Assembly: GCA_963724295.1 (NCBI GenBank)
Contig: CAVRUC010000004.1
Location: forward strand, 192,001-256,000
DNA length: 64,000 nt
Direction: 5' to 3'
From: an uncultured Chloroflexia bacterium
GTDB lineage: Bacteria > Chloroflexota > Chloroflexia > Thermomicrobiales > UBA6265
A program made the position numbers and the translations under genes. Below the pieces are notes generated by a model. It was not told the DNA's origin and made no database searches. It worked only from the letters and a program-made list of their open reading frames with translations. The stretch's first letter is position 1, and each line of letters starts with the position of its first letter. Shown one piece after another: positions 51,043 to 60,895 of this stretch.

Positions 51043-52110
51043 CTACCGATTCCGTAGGACGACCGCCTCGGCATGGTCGATGTCGCCGCCCGGCGCGAAG
51101 AAGCCTCTGGCCAACCGCGACTCATCGCTGCGCAGCTGGTCGCTTGGATTCGGGTCGAGCATGACGCTCCGCCCGATCTCGCCAAGGTCCTCGACGATCC
51201 GCTCATACCGGTAATAGACGAGCGCCTCCGGGTCGATGTCCACCGCCCCGTACCCGGCAAAGAACAGTTCCTCTTCCCTGGGCGTAACCGCGCGGGCGAT
51301 TATCGAGCCGACGACAAAGAGCAGATCTCGCTCTCTGGGAGCGATGAGTGGCCCGTCCCAATCGATGAGATGAATCTGTCCGTCATCGCCAACGAGAATA
51401 TTCGCCGCGTGGATGTCCGAGTGGCAGAGAACGTGCTCGAACGACCTGGATTGCAGCCGCCTCCCCAACTCTTCTGCGCGGGCGAGCATCTGGCGAATGC
51501 GCGCGGCATTCTCTCGCCAGAAGGCAGCAAATTGCGCGGCGACCGCGTTCTCGAGCTCCGTGGATTCCACCAGATCCAGAATGCGCCGGACTAACGCGGC
51601 AGATGGGAGCGCGAAGGTCTCGACAGGAAGGCGACCGCGGAACTCCTCTGCCAGCCCGCTGGAATGCACGGCACGGAGCGTTGCCCCGAACTGACTCCAT
51701 TGCGCATCGGTCATCCCCGCGACCATCGCGCTCTGGCCCGCAATAAACGGGTAGAGAACCAGGCTGCTTCCATCGCAGGAGCACCACAGCTCGGACGATC
51801 GCGTTTGCAGTGGAGCAAGCACTTTGCGGATCCCGCGCTTCGCCAATGCCCAGGGCACGAGCAGCCCGGACTCGTGGACCGGCCCGAACCTGACTTTGAG
51901 GAAATAGGCGGTTCCATCCTCGGCGGTGACCTTGTAGACGGCAGCGTTGAGATCATAGCCGAGGGGCAGGAACGTGATCGCGCTCGCGCGCAGGTCGTAC
52001 CGGGCATCGAGACAGGCAGTGATCGTATCGAGATCCAGGCCCGGGTCGTCCCGCGTGATCGTTGTCCCTGGCGACACGTCGCCGGACTGATCGGAATCTG
52101 AAGACGTCAT
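51043..52110 (-). CDS. Aminoglycoside phosphotransferase family kinase (APH(9)-like)
   Basis: FLPLGYD, YFLKVR, LCHSDIHAAN (Brenner motif), IDWD, APRERDL. Confidence 0.85.
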   Translation of the reverse strand: MTSSDSDQSGDVSPGTTITRDDPGLDLDTITACLDARYDLRASAITFLPLGYDLNAAVYKVTAEDGTAYFLKVRFGPVHESGLLVPWALAKRGIRKVLAPLQTRSSELWCSCDGSSLVLYPFIAGQSAMVAGMTDAQWSQFGATLRAVHSSGLAEEFRGRLPVETFALPSAALVRRILDLVESTELENAVAAQFAAFWRENAARIRQMLARAEELGRRLQSRSFEHVLCHSDIHAANILVGDDGQIHLIDWDGPLIAPRERDLLFVVGSIIARAVTPREEELFFAGYGAVDIDPEALVYYRYERIVEDLGEIGRSVMLDPNPSDQLRSDESRLARGFFAPGGDIDHAEAVVLRNR

Positions 52111-52925
52111 GACCTGCGGTCGCCCCCTCCCCTGCCGGATGGGGAGCGAGGGCGAAAACCCAACCGCCTTGCGCTTGCCGTCTCAGAGGGCCGATACGTT
52201 CGCATCCGCCACCACAATGCCAGCGTCTCGCCTACCGCGCGCAGGATGACTCGCGGGCTACCGCCAGTGGCTTCACCGGCGATGCGGGGGTAGTGATGCA
52301 CCCCCACCTGTTGCAGACTTGCCCCCTGGCGACGCGCCTTGGCCTGGATCTCGGTGTTGATCAAGGCTCCCGGCGCGGTGAGTGGTAAGCCGCGCAGGAG
52401 GTCGCCGCGAAAGAGCTTGAAGGCACAGTCGATGTCCCGCAGGTGGACGCCGAACAGCATCCGTACCGAAACATTGAACATCTCGGCAAGCACACGCCGG
52501 TGCAGCGGATCGCTCCGCTCCATACGAAAACCGGCGACGATGTCGTACTCGCCCGCGAAGGGCGCCAGCAGACGTAGATCGCGGATGTCGAACTGGCGAT
52601 CCGCGTCCATGAACATGACGAAGTCGCCGGTCGAGGCCTCAAAACCCGAGATCAGTGCCGCCCCATAACCCCGGTTGCGGCCGTGGCTTACCAGCCGAAT
52701 GCGGTCGTCACCGGCTGCCAGACCGGCGACGATTTCGCCGGTCCGGTCACGACTGCCATCGTCGACCACGATGATCTCGTACGTATCGACGAATGCGGGA
52801 AGCGTCGCCAGCGAGTCCTGGACGACCGCGTCGATGTTGGCCTCTTCGTTGAATGCGGGAAGAACGAGAGTAAGACTGCCGGGAAGTCGCGTTACCGGCG
52901 GGCTCGCGGGATCAGGTTGCCTCAC
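52107..52925 (-). CDS. GT2 glycosyltransferase (polyprenyl-phosphate glycosyltransferase-like)
   Basis: VLPAFNEE, VVDDGSRD, NRGYG, MDADRQ, DIDCAFK; GTG overlaps the vanW stop. Confidence 0.92.
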   Translation of the reverse strand: MRQPDPASPPVTRLPGSLTLVLPAFNEEANIDAVVQDSLATLPAFVDTYEIIVVDDGSRDRTGEIVAGLAAGDDRIRLVSHGRNRGYGAALISGFEASTGDFVMFMDADRQFDIRDLRLLAPFAGEYDIVAGFRMERSDPLHRRVLAEMFNVSVRMLFGVHLRDIDCAFKLFRGDLLRGLPLTAPGALINTEIQAKARRQGASLQQVGVHHYPRIAGEATGGSPRVILRAVGETLALWWRMRTYRPSETASARRLGFRPRSPSGRGGGDRRS

Positions 52926-55018
52926 CCGACCACGGCGTCCTCTTCGGGCGGGACCCACTCCTCAACCGGCGCTACCCACTCTTCGGACGGCGCCACCGAC
53001 TCTTCCCCGGCAGGGGGTGTCCACTCTTCGGCTGGGGCCGTAGTCTCAGACTCAGGCGCCACCACCTCGGCGCCCGGGTACCAGCCGATCGAATCGATTC
53101 CGGATGGCGGCAACGGCGGAAACTTGGCGTCACGATCGATCGGCGCTTCGCCCTTCATGTCCGGGCTCACTTTCCAGATGTCGCCACTCGGGAAATATCT
53201 GGTGTAGAAGATACGTTCCCAGAGTAACTCGCCGTTGCGATCGCGCACGACGCGGTAGTGGGAGAGCTCTTCGCCAATTCCGGCCACCTGCGCCAGGGTC
53301 ACCGTTCCCGGATCGAGCTCTTCATCGACGACTTCCTTCGGGGCGAGCATCTGCGCCTTGTCGCCCCACGTCGGACCAGTGGTCTCGATCTTGTACCCGA
53401 GATCCGCGCCGTAGATGTTCACGACCACGTTGACCCCGTCGGTCCACGACTCGACCAGCATCCATTGGCTTGACGGATTCTCGAACTTGAAATCGGCCCA
53501 GGTGGCCGGGTCCTCGGTCGGCTGCAGGATCGACGCATCAAGCCCGGGGTCCCAACCGTCGTACTCGTAGAAACCGATGCGGAAGCGATGCGGCCACCAC
53601 TCGGTGATCGGCAACCCGGCGAGATAGGCCGCGCGGAAGACCGTCGTCGACACCTGGCAGATGCCGCCGCCGATGTCTTGCCCGATCTGTTCACCGTCGA
53701 TGACCTGCGCTTCGACGAAACCCTTGTCCTCGTCGATCCACCCGATCGACTCGTTGAACGAGAACTCTCCCCAGGGCGGAATCAAGGTGCCGTTCAACAG
53801 GCTGGCTCCAACCGCGACGTTGGTCGCGCGGCCGTCGCTGGAGCCGGAATAGTTCGACTGGCCGGAACCGAGAAACGTCGTGATCCCCAGCTTGTCCAGA
53901 TTCGCGCTGTCGATATCAGGTTTGACATACGTTACCGGTGCCTCGATCGTGCCGCCGCTGCCAAAGAAGCTGCCCTCGACCCGCTCGGCGAGCGCCGCCG
54001 CGTCGAGGCGCGCGCCGTCGACACTTGGCTCGACGGATATGAGACGCTCTCCATTCCAGCCAACTTCCGCGTCGACCGGTTCGGTCTCGATCGCCGCGCC
54101 TAATCGCTCATCGAGCCACGTCGCCAGCTTTTCGCGATCGAGACCCAGGTGGATGGCCGGCGCTCCGTTATCACCTTGCACCATGTCTTGCCGCAAGAAC
54201 TGCGCGAGATCGGTCGCCGGCAAGGTCCATAGCCCACCCGCATTGCTCACCTGAACCGGGTTCGCCATGGCTCGCAGCAGCAGGTCCCGCGCTGGTTCCA
54301 GATCGGTCGCGCGAATGCTGGCGATCTTGGTCGAGACCGGAAGCTCAGCCTCGATGGGCGTCAGGTTCAAGAGCTGCGATTCGACTTCGCCGCGGGCCCG
54401 GTCGCGATCCACGACAACGCCGTCGACCTCCGGCACGATGACGACAGTCGAACCCTGGATCTCCACCGAGGCGTTTCGCGGCGGGGTTCCCAGACCGCTG
54501 TCGATCTCGTCGAACCAGCGATCGAGCTGCTGAAAATCGAGTGAGATAGGCATCGGCAGCTGCTCGCCGGAGCGCGCCAGCGCGGTCACGGCCCGCAACC
54601 TGCGGAACGCCGAGTCCTCTCGGCCATACCCGACGGCGCGCGAGAGCGCCTCGCCCTCGTCGATCGATACGCCGACGTCGCGCAGCGACGCGGTCCACGA
54701 TTGATCGCCATGCTTGAAGGTGATGGGGCTCGATTCGATCGCCTCAGCGCGGGCAGCCAGGGCAGCCGCGGCCTGATCGATCGTCATCCCTCCGACGGGA
54801 ACATCGGCCACCGTGACAGCCGGGAAGATGCGCTCCGCGTGCGTGGCGCGGACGGTCAGGAGAACGACGGCGAGCGCCAGACCGAGGAGCGCGGCCACAC
54901 CGGCCGCGCCCAGCATGAGAGAACGCAGCGAAGCAAGCGAGATCGCCGGGAGGCGCATCACGCTCAATCGCGTCGAACCGTCCACTTCAGGACGTCCCGC
55001 AATTACCGGTCGGAACAT
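52922..55018 (-). CDS. VanW family protein with PG_binding_4 domains (YoaR-like)
   Basis: N-terminal TM, FSFNESIG, GGGICQVSTTVFRAA, DFKFEN. Start uncertain. Confidence 0.9.
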   Translation of the reverse strand: MFRPVIAGRPEVDGSTRLSVMRLPAISLASLRSLMLGAAGVAALLGLALAVVLLTVRATHAERIFPAVTVADVPVGGMTIDQAAAALAARAEAIESSPITFKHGDQSWTASLRDVGVSIDEGEALSRAVGYGREDSAFRRLRAVTALARSGEQLPMPISLDFQQLDRWFDEIDSGLGTPPRNASVEIQGSTVVIVPEVDGVVVDRDRARGEVESQLLNLTPIEAELPVSTKIASIRATDLEPARDLLLRAMANPVQVSNAGGLWTLPATDLAQFLRQDMVQGDNGAPAIHLGLDREKLATWLDERLGAAIETEPVDAEVGWNGERLISVEPSVDGARLDAAALAERVEGSFFGSGGTIEAPVTYVKPDIDSANLDKLGITTFLGSGQSNYSGSSDGRATNVAVGASLLNGTLIPPWGEFSFNESIGWIDEDKGFVEAQVIDGEQIGQDIGGGICQVSTTVFRAAYLAGLPITEWWPHRFRIGFYEYDGWDPGLDASILQPTEDPATWADFKFENPSSQWMLVESWTDGVNVVVNIYGADLGYKIETTGPTWGDKAQMLAPKEVVDEELDPGTVTLAQVAGIGEELSHYRVVRDRNGELLWERIFYTRYFPSGDIWKVSPDMKGEAPIDRDAKFPPLPPSGIDSIGWYPGAEVVAPESETTAPAEEWTPPAGEESVAPSEEWVAPVEEWVPPEEDAVVG

Positions 55019-55063
55019 GCTCGAAACGCGCGCCTGGAGTCGCAAAGCCCGCCGTCCTCCGGT

Positions 55064-55565
55064 TCAGGCAGAGAGATCTATGCTGGGCACGGGAAAAGAC
55101 GGGACGAAACGAAACCGAACCCGGCCGCATTGTATGACATCTCCCGGGCGAACGCCCACGACCGCGCGTACAGGTTCGTCGTTCACCAACGTACCGTTGC
55201 TGCTGCCCAGATCGCGCAACCACCACTGGCCTCGCGCGAACCGCAGTTCGGCGTGATGAGCGGAAGTGTGCGGGTCGTCGATGACGATGGTGTTCCCCGC
55301 GACACGGCCGAGAGACGAAGCCGGCTCCAGACTCAAGGTGGCTCCCGGCGCCAGCGACGACTCGGCGGCATCGAGCACGGTGAGACCAGCTCCCGCCGCT
55401 CCGACCCACATCCCCAGGCATTGCCCGCGCGGCGACAGCGAGCTCGCGCACGGTGGTCCGCAGCACTACGAACAGAAAGAGGTAGATCAACGCGATGAAT
55501 GTGATGCGGAGTGCCGCGTAGAGCCAGCCGCCGGCAATCAGCTGATCGATCGTGGTCTCGATCAT
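55064..55565 (-). CDS. fhaB: Membrane-anchored FHA domain protein FhaB-like (frameshift near 55405-55415)
   Basis: TM segment (LRITFIALIYLFLF) in one frame; FHA motifs GR, SAHHA, DLGSSNGT in the next. Confidence 0.8.
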
Positions 55566-56254
55566 CCCGCGGCGACGGTGTACCGAATACTGCCGAACGC
55601 CACTTCATCACCGGCGACGATCGTCGCGGCGTTCAGGCGCACGCCGTTGACCCAGGTACCATTGGTGCTCCCCAGGTCGATCGCGCGCCAACCCTGGCCG
55701 TCCAATTCCAGCCGGGCGTGATGGCGCGATACTTCCGGATCGGCAAGCACCAGATCGTTGTCGCCTGCGCGGCCGACACGCACCGGGCTTGACACGAGCG
55801 ACAGCCGCGGCATCCCGGGGTCGCCAGGCAGCAGTCGCAGTGGCGGAGGCAGCCCGCGATCGGGCGGGAGACTCTTTCCGACTGGTGCGGCTCCAGCGGC
55901 AAAGCGACCTTCCGCTTGCACCGACCGGCGGCCCACACTCGCGTCTTCAACGAGACGGACCTGAATCGGTCCTACGGTCGATAGCCCGCGCGCGAAGGCA
56001 AACTCAGCCAACCAGGTCTCCATCTCACGGCTTAGCGCCTGCTCCCATCCGGTGAACGCCGCCGCATCCTCGGGATGTAATCGCACCTCGTACAGGTTCG
56101 GCGCCAGACTTGTCCCCACAGAGATGACGCGCCCATCGAGCATCGCGCGCTCGAGGCGGCGCCCGATCTCGGCCGGCTGCACTCGCAACCGGAAGACCCC
56201 GGCGATGCTTCCCTCTACGATGCGTTCCAATGCGCGCTCGAATCGTGCCAGCAT
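55562..56254 (-). CDS. fhaA: DUF3662 + FHA domain protein FhaA-like
   Basis: LARFERALERIVEG, VQPAEI, APNLY; FHA motifs GR, VSRHHA, DLGSTNGT. Confidence 0.9.
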   Translation of the reverse strand: MLARFERALERIVEGSIAGVFRLRVQPAEIGRRLERAMLDGRVISVGTSLAPNLYEVRLHPEDAAAFTGWEQALSREMETWLAEFAFARGLSTVGPIQVRLVEDASVGRRSVQAEGRFAAGAAPVGKSLPPDRGLPPPLRLLPGDPGMPRLSLVSSPVRVGRAGDNDLVLADPEVSRHHARLELDGQGWRAIDLGSTNGTWVNGVRLNAATIVAGDEVAFGSIRYTVAAG

Positions 56255-56256
56255 GG

Positions 56257-57183
56257 TCAGGAAACACGGCCCGGCCGCGTCTCCGCGGCTCGTTCGTATG
56301 GCCGGGTGAAACGTACCCAGTCGCGATCGTGCCTCAGGATCAGCCCGCTGAGCAGCGACCAGGCGGCGAAGATTTCCAGGGCGAACGGCAGATAGCCCCC
56401 ATAGCCCAGGATCGGCATCTCGAACAGCTTGGGCCGGCCGACAAGGGGAACGTCGTAGACCCATTTCGGCATCGAGAAGAGATTCCACAACTCCCAGAAC
56501 CAGCCGCAGATCAACCCCGCGGCGAAGAGGACCAGGACGGTATCCCAGCGGCCCTCTCGCACCTGGGCGGCGATGCTGGGATTCCCCAGGAGCGCATTGA
56601 TGGGATCGAGCGCGAGGAAGAGCCCGATCCAGACAAAAGGGAACAGGTATCGCGGCAAGATCAGCGACAGGAGAAAGGTGACGAGGCCGATCAGCGCCAG
56701 TACCACGAGCCCCGCTCGACCCGGGTCGATGCGGAGCCAGTGACGAACTGGGGCAAATGGCCTGAACGTGCGCAGCAGCTCCGCGGTCACGAAGATGGCC
56801 GGCATCACGGTCGAGAACGCCAGGGAGGCGAGCAACGCATACTCGATCGGGTGATACGACCGGGGCAGGAGGTACCGCCAGTTGTCGAGGTAGCGGTTGG
56901 CAACCTCGAACAACCACCAGAGGGGGATCGAGAAGATGAACAGTGATGCGAACCGGCGCTGATCGCGAGCAAAAAGCGACGTACCGGCACGGCGCATGGT
57001 GAGACCGTCGGCGGCGAGGATGTAGCCAAGCCAGAGCGGGAAAAACGTGTGCTCTGAGTACGGCGCCGGCCCGAACCAGGCCACCCACCAGGAGATGATT
57101 GCCAGCGCCAGGCCGGTCCAGAGTCGCAGTGGCGCGTCCGCGGTCGCGGCGGCGGGCCGCCTCGCGGGAACACGATGAAGCAT
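56257..57183 (-). CDS. Conserved hypothetical multi-pass membrane protein
   Basis: Many TM segments; WWLFE...NWRY, WELWN, EMPILGYGGYLPFALE. Confidence 0.8.
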   Translation of the reverse strand: MLHRVPARRPAAATADAPLRLWTGLALAIISWWVAWFGPAPYSEHTFFPLWLGYILAADGLTMRRAGTSLFARDQRRFASLFIFSIPLWWLFEVANRYLDNWRYLLPRSYHPIEYALLASLAFSTVMPAIFVTAELLRTFRPFAPVRHWLRIDPGRAGLVVLALIGLVTFLLSLILPRYLFPFVWIGLFLALDPINALLGNPSIAAQVREGRWDTVLVLFAAGLICGWFWELWNLFSMPKWVYDVPLVGRPKLFEMPILGYGGYLPFALEIFAAWSLLSGLILRHDRDWVRFTRPYERAAETRPGRVS

Positions 57184-57282
57184 ATCCACCGATCGATACC
57201 CCCGGCGCCGCGGTGCTCGGTGGCGCCGCTGGTATGATCGCCCGGCCGGCGACGCGGCGGCCAGTCCGCGGCAGGTTGAAGG

Positions 57283-57987
57283 GTGCGTCAGGTGAGAGGA
57301 AACCGCGTAACACTCGGACCGTCGATCTTGTCGGCTGATTTCCGCAGGCTCGGCGAGCAAGTCCAGGCCGTCGAAGCGGCCGGCGCCGACTTCATCCACG
57401 TCGACGTCATGGACGGCGTCTTCGTACCCAACATCAGCGTCGGCTTCCCGATCGTCGAGGCCGTCCGCGCCGCAAGCGAACTCCCGATCGACGTCCACCT
57501 CATGATCGTCGAGCCTGCCCGCTGGATCGAGCGATTCGCCGCCGCTGGCGCAGACACGATCACCGTCCATGTCGAGGACCATCCAAATCTCTATCGCACG
57601 CTGCGGTCGATCGAGGAGGCCGGCGCCACCCCCGGCGTCACCCTCAACCCCGGCACGCCGGTGGTGATGTTGGAACCGGTCCTGCCCATCGTGCGCCAGG
57701 TCCTGGTCATGTCGGTCAATCCGGGATTTGGCGGTCAGACCTTTATCCCGGCCTCGATTGGGCGTATCCGCCGCGTGCGGGAGCTGCTCGATGCGGTCAA
57801 TCCAACCTGCCGTCTCGAGGTGGACGGCGGCATCAAGATCGGCAACGTCGGTAAGGTGGTCGCGGCCGGCGCCGACACGCTCGTCGTCGGCTCCGCGATC
57901 TACGCGCCGGACGTTGACATCACCTCGGCCATGCGCGACTTGCGGGCAGAGGTCGCGTCCGGATTCGAAACACCTACGGAACGATGA
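57283..57987 (+). CDS. rpe: Ribulose-phosphate 3-epimerase
   Basis: PSILSADF, HVDVMDG, DVHLM, MSVNPGFGGQ, VDGG; upstream extended -10 TGGTATGAT (57230-57238). Confidence 0.96.
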   Translation: MRQVRGNRVTLGPSILSADFRRLGEQVQAVEAAGADFIHVDVMDGVFVPNISVGFPIVEAVRAASELPIDVHLMIVEPARWIERFAAAGADTITVHVEDHPNLYRTLRSIEEAGATPGVTLNPGTPVVMLEPVLPIVRQVLVMSVNPGFGGQTFIPASIGRIRRVRELLDAVNPTCRLEVDGGIKIGNVGKVVAAGADTLVVGSAIYAPDVDITSAMRDLRAEVASGFETPTER

Positions 57988-59097
57988 GCGACGTAGCGCC
58001 CCGCGGCGCAAGGGAGTCAGCGATGGAATGGTCTCCGCTTCGTATGAACTATCACGTCCGCACCTACGCGTTCGGCGAACGGCTGATCCCGGAGATGCTC
58101 GGCAAGACAGGCGTGCCGGACGGCGTCGTGGCTGAGACCTGGGAGATCAGCGACCAGAAGGACACTCGGGCCACGATCACCTCAGAGCCATTTTCCGGCA
58201 GGCTCCTGCACGACGTCGTCGCCGAATACCCGGATGAGGTGGTCGGCGCCGGCTGGCGCGGTCCGCACTTCCCGATCCTCGCCAAGTTCCTCGATGCCTC
58301 GCATCCCCTGCCCGTCCATCTCCATGCTGACGACGAGACTGCCCGCCGCGTCCACGGTGAGCCAAACGGGAAGACGGAAGCCTGGCATATTCTCTACGCC
58401 GCGCCGGCCGCCTCGATTCTGGCTGGTATTCGTCCCGGCATTTCTGAAGATGAGCTGCGTCAGGCATTTCTCGACCAGGATTACGACCGGGTCATGTTCC
58501 GCTACCCCATCTCCGCCGGAGACACGGTCTACGTGCCAGGTGGCATCCTTCACGCCTTCGGCCCCGACACCCTGATCTTCGAGGTGCAGCAGACCTCCGA
58601 CCTGGGGCAGTCGGTGATGCCAACCGATCTCTACGGCAACCGCCTCAGCGAGGAACAATGGCGCGCGAACATCGACGCCACCCTGGCCGAACTGAAGACC
58701 GACTACCTCCCTGCCCCCAATCCCGGTCTGGACACGTCCACGAATGAAGCCGGGAACCGCATCACTCGTCGGCTGCGCCGGCCCGTACTTCGTGCTGGAG
58801 CGCTGGCGGCTTACCGCTCCGCACCGCGACCCCGCGCACCCCTGGCGCTGTCTGACCCTCTCCAACGTGGGCGAACCGGTGACTATCGCCTGGAGCGGCG
58901 GCGAGCAAACCCTGGGACGAGCGGAATCGATGCTGCTGCCCGCCGCGATCGGCGACGTCACGGTGTCTCCTTCCGGTACGGAAGCCGACCTGATCGCCTG
59001 CTACCTACCCGACCTGCAGCGTGATGTCGCCGATCCCTTGCGTGCGGCTGGCCACTCGGACGACGCAATTCGCGAGCTGGGCGAGGTCGCACTCTGA
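57984..59097 (+). CDS. Class I mannose-6-phosphate isomerase-like cupin (frameshift near 58765)
   Basis: AETWEIS, KFLDA, VHLH, KTEAW, HA, EVQQTSD; the C-terminal frame begins GCAGPYFVLER. Confidence 0.82.
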
Positions 59098-59122
59098 CTG
59101 CCTAATGCGAGGTTCCCGCGTC

Positions 59123-59210
59123 GTGTCATTCCGAGCCCGCAGGCGAAGAATCTCGAGTCCCGTGTCCAACCGCAGCAGACGACGAGATTCCTCGTTGCTC
59201 GGAAATACAC
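59123..59210. repeat. Palindromic intergenic element, family B, copy 2
   Basis: GTGTCATTCCGAG...GAAGAATCTCG...ACGAGATTCCTCGTTGCTCGGAAATACAC, between convergent genes. Confidence 0.85.
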
Positions 59211-59247
59211 GACCGCTGACGACCGCCCTTTTCCCGCCGGACGGAAA

Positions 59248-60792
59248 TCAGGAGGCGACGTCTGCCCCGAGCTTCGCCAGCGTGTGGAGTTCCTCCTTCG
59301 AGGACTCGTAGAGATTCCGATAAACCTGATAGTACGCGTCGTAGACCGGCCGCAGATCGACATCAGGCTGCAGCTGCATGGCCAGCCTGACCCAGTCCCG
59401 CCACAAGGCTTCCGGACTGGAGACGATGCCTGTCGCCAGCCCCGCCATGAACGCGTCGCCGTACGATGCGCCGATCGTCCGCTCGGGGACGTCTTGCGGC
59501 AGCCCGCTCACGTCTGACACGATCTGCAGCCAGAGCGGGTTCTTCGCGCCGCCACCGACGGCCACCAGCCGCCGCGGCGGCGCTCCCATGGCCGACATCG
59601 TCTCCAGGTTGTGCCGCACGCCGTAGGCCGTCCCCTCCAAACTTGCCCGGTAGAGGTGGGCCTTCGTGTGCGAAAGTGTCAGTCCGGCGTAAACGCCACG
59701 CGCATCAGGATCATTGATCGGTGTCCGCTCGCCCGCGAAATAGGGCAGACAGATCACCCCTTCCGCGCCGGGTGGGATCCGTCCCGCGGCCTCGGCCAGC
59801 GCGGCGTAGGCGTTCGGCCCCCCCACCGCCTCAGCCGCCAATTCTTCTCCACCCAGGTTGTCGCGGAACCAGCGGGTCAACGCGCCGGTCGTCGACATGC
59901 CGCCGTCGATGCTGTATCGGCCGGGCAGCGCGAACGCGGTCGCCCACATCCTCGGGTCCGGCACGGGATCACCGGTGACGTGGATGAAGAACATGGTCGT
60001 CCCGTACATGATCATCATGTCGCCGGGGTCGACTACGCCGACGCTGACCGCCTCAGCCGCGGCGTCAATCGTTCCAGCCGTCACCGGGGTCCCGGCTTTG
60101 AGCCCGGTCTCCGCGGCGGCGGCCGGTGTCACCGCACCGGCGATCTGATCGGACCACATCAATGGCGGCAATCGATCCAGGTCGACGATTGGCCCGGCGA
60201 ATCGCGCATCCCAGCGGAGCTGCCGCAGGTCGAATAGCGGGTTGTAATAGGAGGCCGTGTGATAGTCCATGACGTACTCGCCGGTGAGGCGGTAGATCAT
60301 GTACGACGACGACCCGAGAAACATCCTCGCGGCGGCGTAGACATCTGGCTCGCGGCGTTGGATCCAGAGGATCTTTGGTCCGATCGCCTGCGAGGTGAGC
60401 GCCATGCCTCCCAGGTCGAACATCGGCTCTTCGCCGAATCGGTCGTTGAGCCAGCTGATCTCGTCCGACGCCCGGGTGTCGATGCCGTAGAGGATTCCTT
60501 GCCGTAGCGGCCGTCCTTCGGCATCGACCGGGAGCACACACGCGCCGATGGCACTGACCGCCACGCCGCCGACGTCCTCGCCGCTGAACCGGCCGCCAAG
60601 GAGCTGCCGCGTCAGACCGACGAACTCACCCCACCAGATGACATCGGCGTCATGCTCCGCCCAACCCGATCGCGGCAGGCTCAACCCGTGTTCGATCGTC
60701 GCCTCGGCCAGCACCTCACCGTCCGGCGCGCAGAGCACGCCCTTCGCGCTGTAGGTCCCGATATCGACGCCGAGCAGCAGATCGCCGGACAC
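59248..60792 (-). CDS. FGGY-family carbohydrate kinase (xylulokinase-like)
   Basis: LLLGVDIGT, GIDTRA, PYFAGERTP, VGGGAKN. Confidence 0.92.
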   Translation of the reverse strand: MSGDLLLGVDIGTYSAKGVLCAPDGEVLAEATIEHGLSLPRSGWAEHDADVIWWGEFVGLTRQLLGGRFSGEDVGGVAVSAIGACVLPVDAEGRPLRQGILYGIDTRASDEISWLNDRFGEEPMFDLGGMALTSQAIGPKILWIQRREPDVYAAARMFLGSSSYMIYRLTGEYVMDYHTASYYNPLFDLRQLRWDARFAGPIVDLDRLPPLMWSDQIAGAVTPAAAAETGLKAGTPVTAGTIDAAAEAVSVGVVDPGDMMIMYGTTMFFIHVTGDPVPDPRMWATAFALPGRYSIDGGMSTTGALTRWFRDNLGGEELAAEAVGGPNAYAALAEAAGRIPPGAEGVICLPYFAGERTPINDPDARGVYAGLTLSHTKAHLYRASLEGTAYGVRHNLETMSAMGAPPRRLVAVGGGAKNPLWLQIVSDVSGLPQDVPERTIGASYGDAFMAGLATGIVSSPEALWRDWVRLAMQLQPDVDLRPVYDAYYQVYRNLYESSKEELHTLAKLGADVAS

Positions 60793-60895
60793 CCGAGTCT
60801 CCCCTCTCATCCGCGGCATCGCGTGCCTTGACCAGTTCACCGGCCGAGCGGGCCGGATCATAGCAAAGCAGCACGCCGACCCTGGACTGACGCGA

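Noticed and set aside
52922..55018. Vancomycin resistance cluster
   Set aside because: Only a VanW-domain protein is present; no vanHAX or vanRS.
56255..58011. Long N-terminal extensions in the ORF track (fhaA from 57313, membrane protein from 58011; also trpB2 from 40952, greA from 49070, regulator from 29403, M23 from 35950)
   Set aside because: They overlap other genes or repeats; better starts with an RBS or domain boundary lie downstream.
23168..58800. Programmed frameshifting or phase variation as the cause of the split genes
   Set aside because: There are no slippery heptamers or long SSR tracts; the indels are 1-2 nt, of mixed sign, and in unrelated genes.
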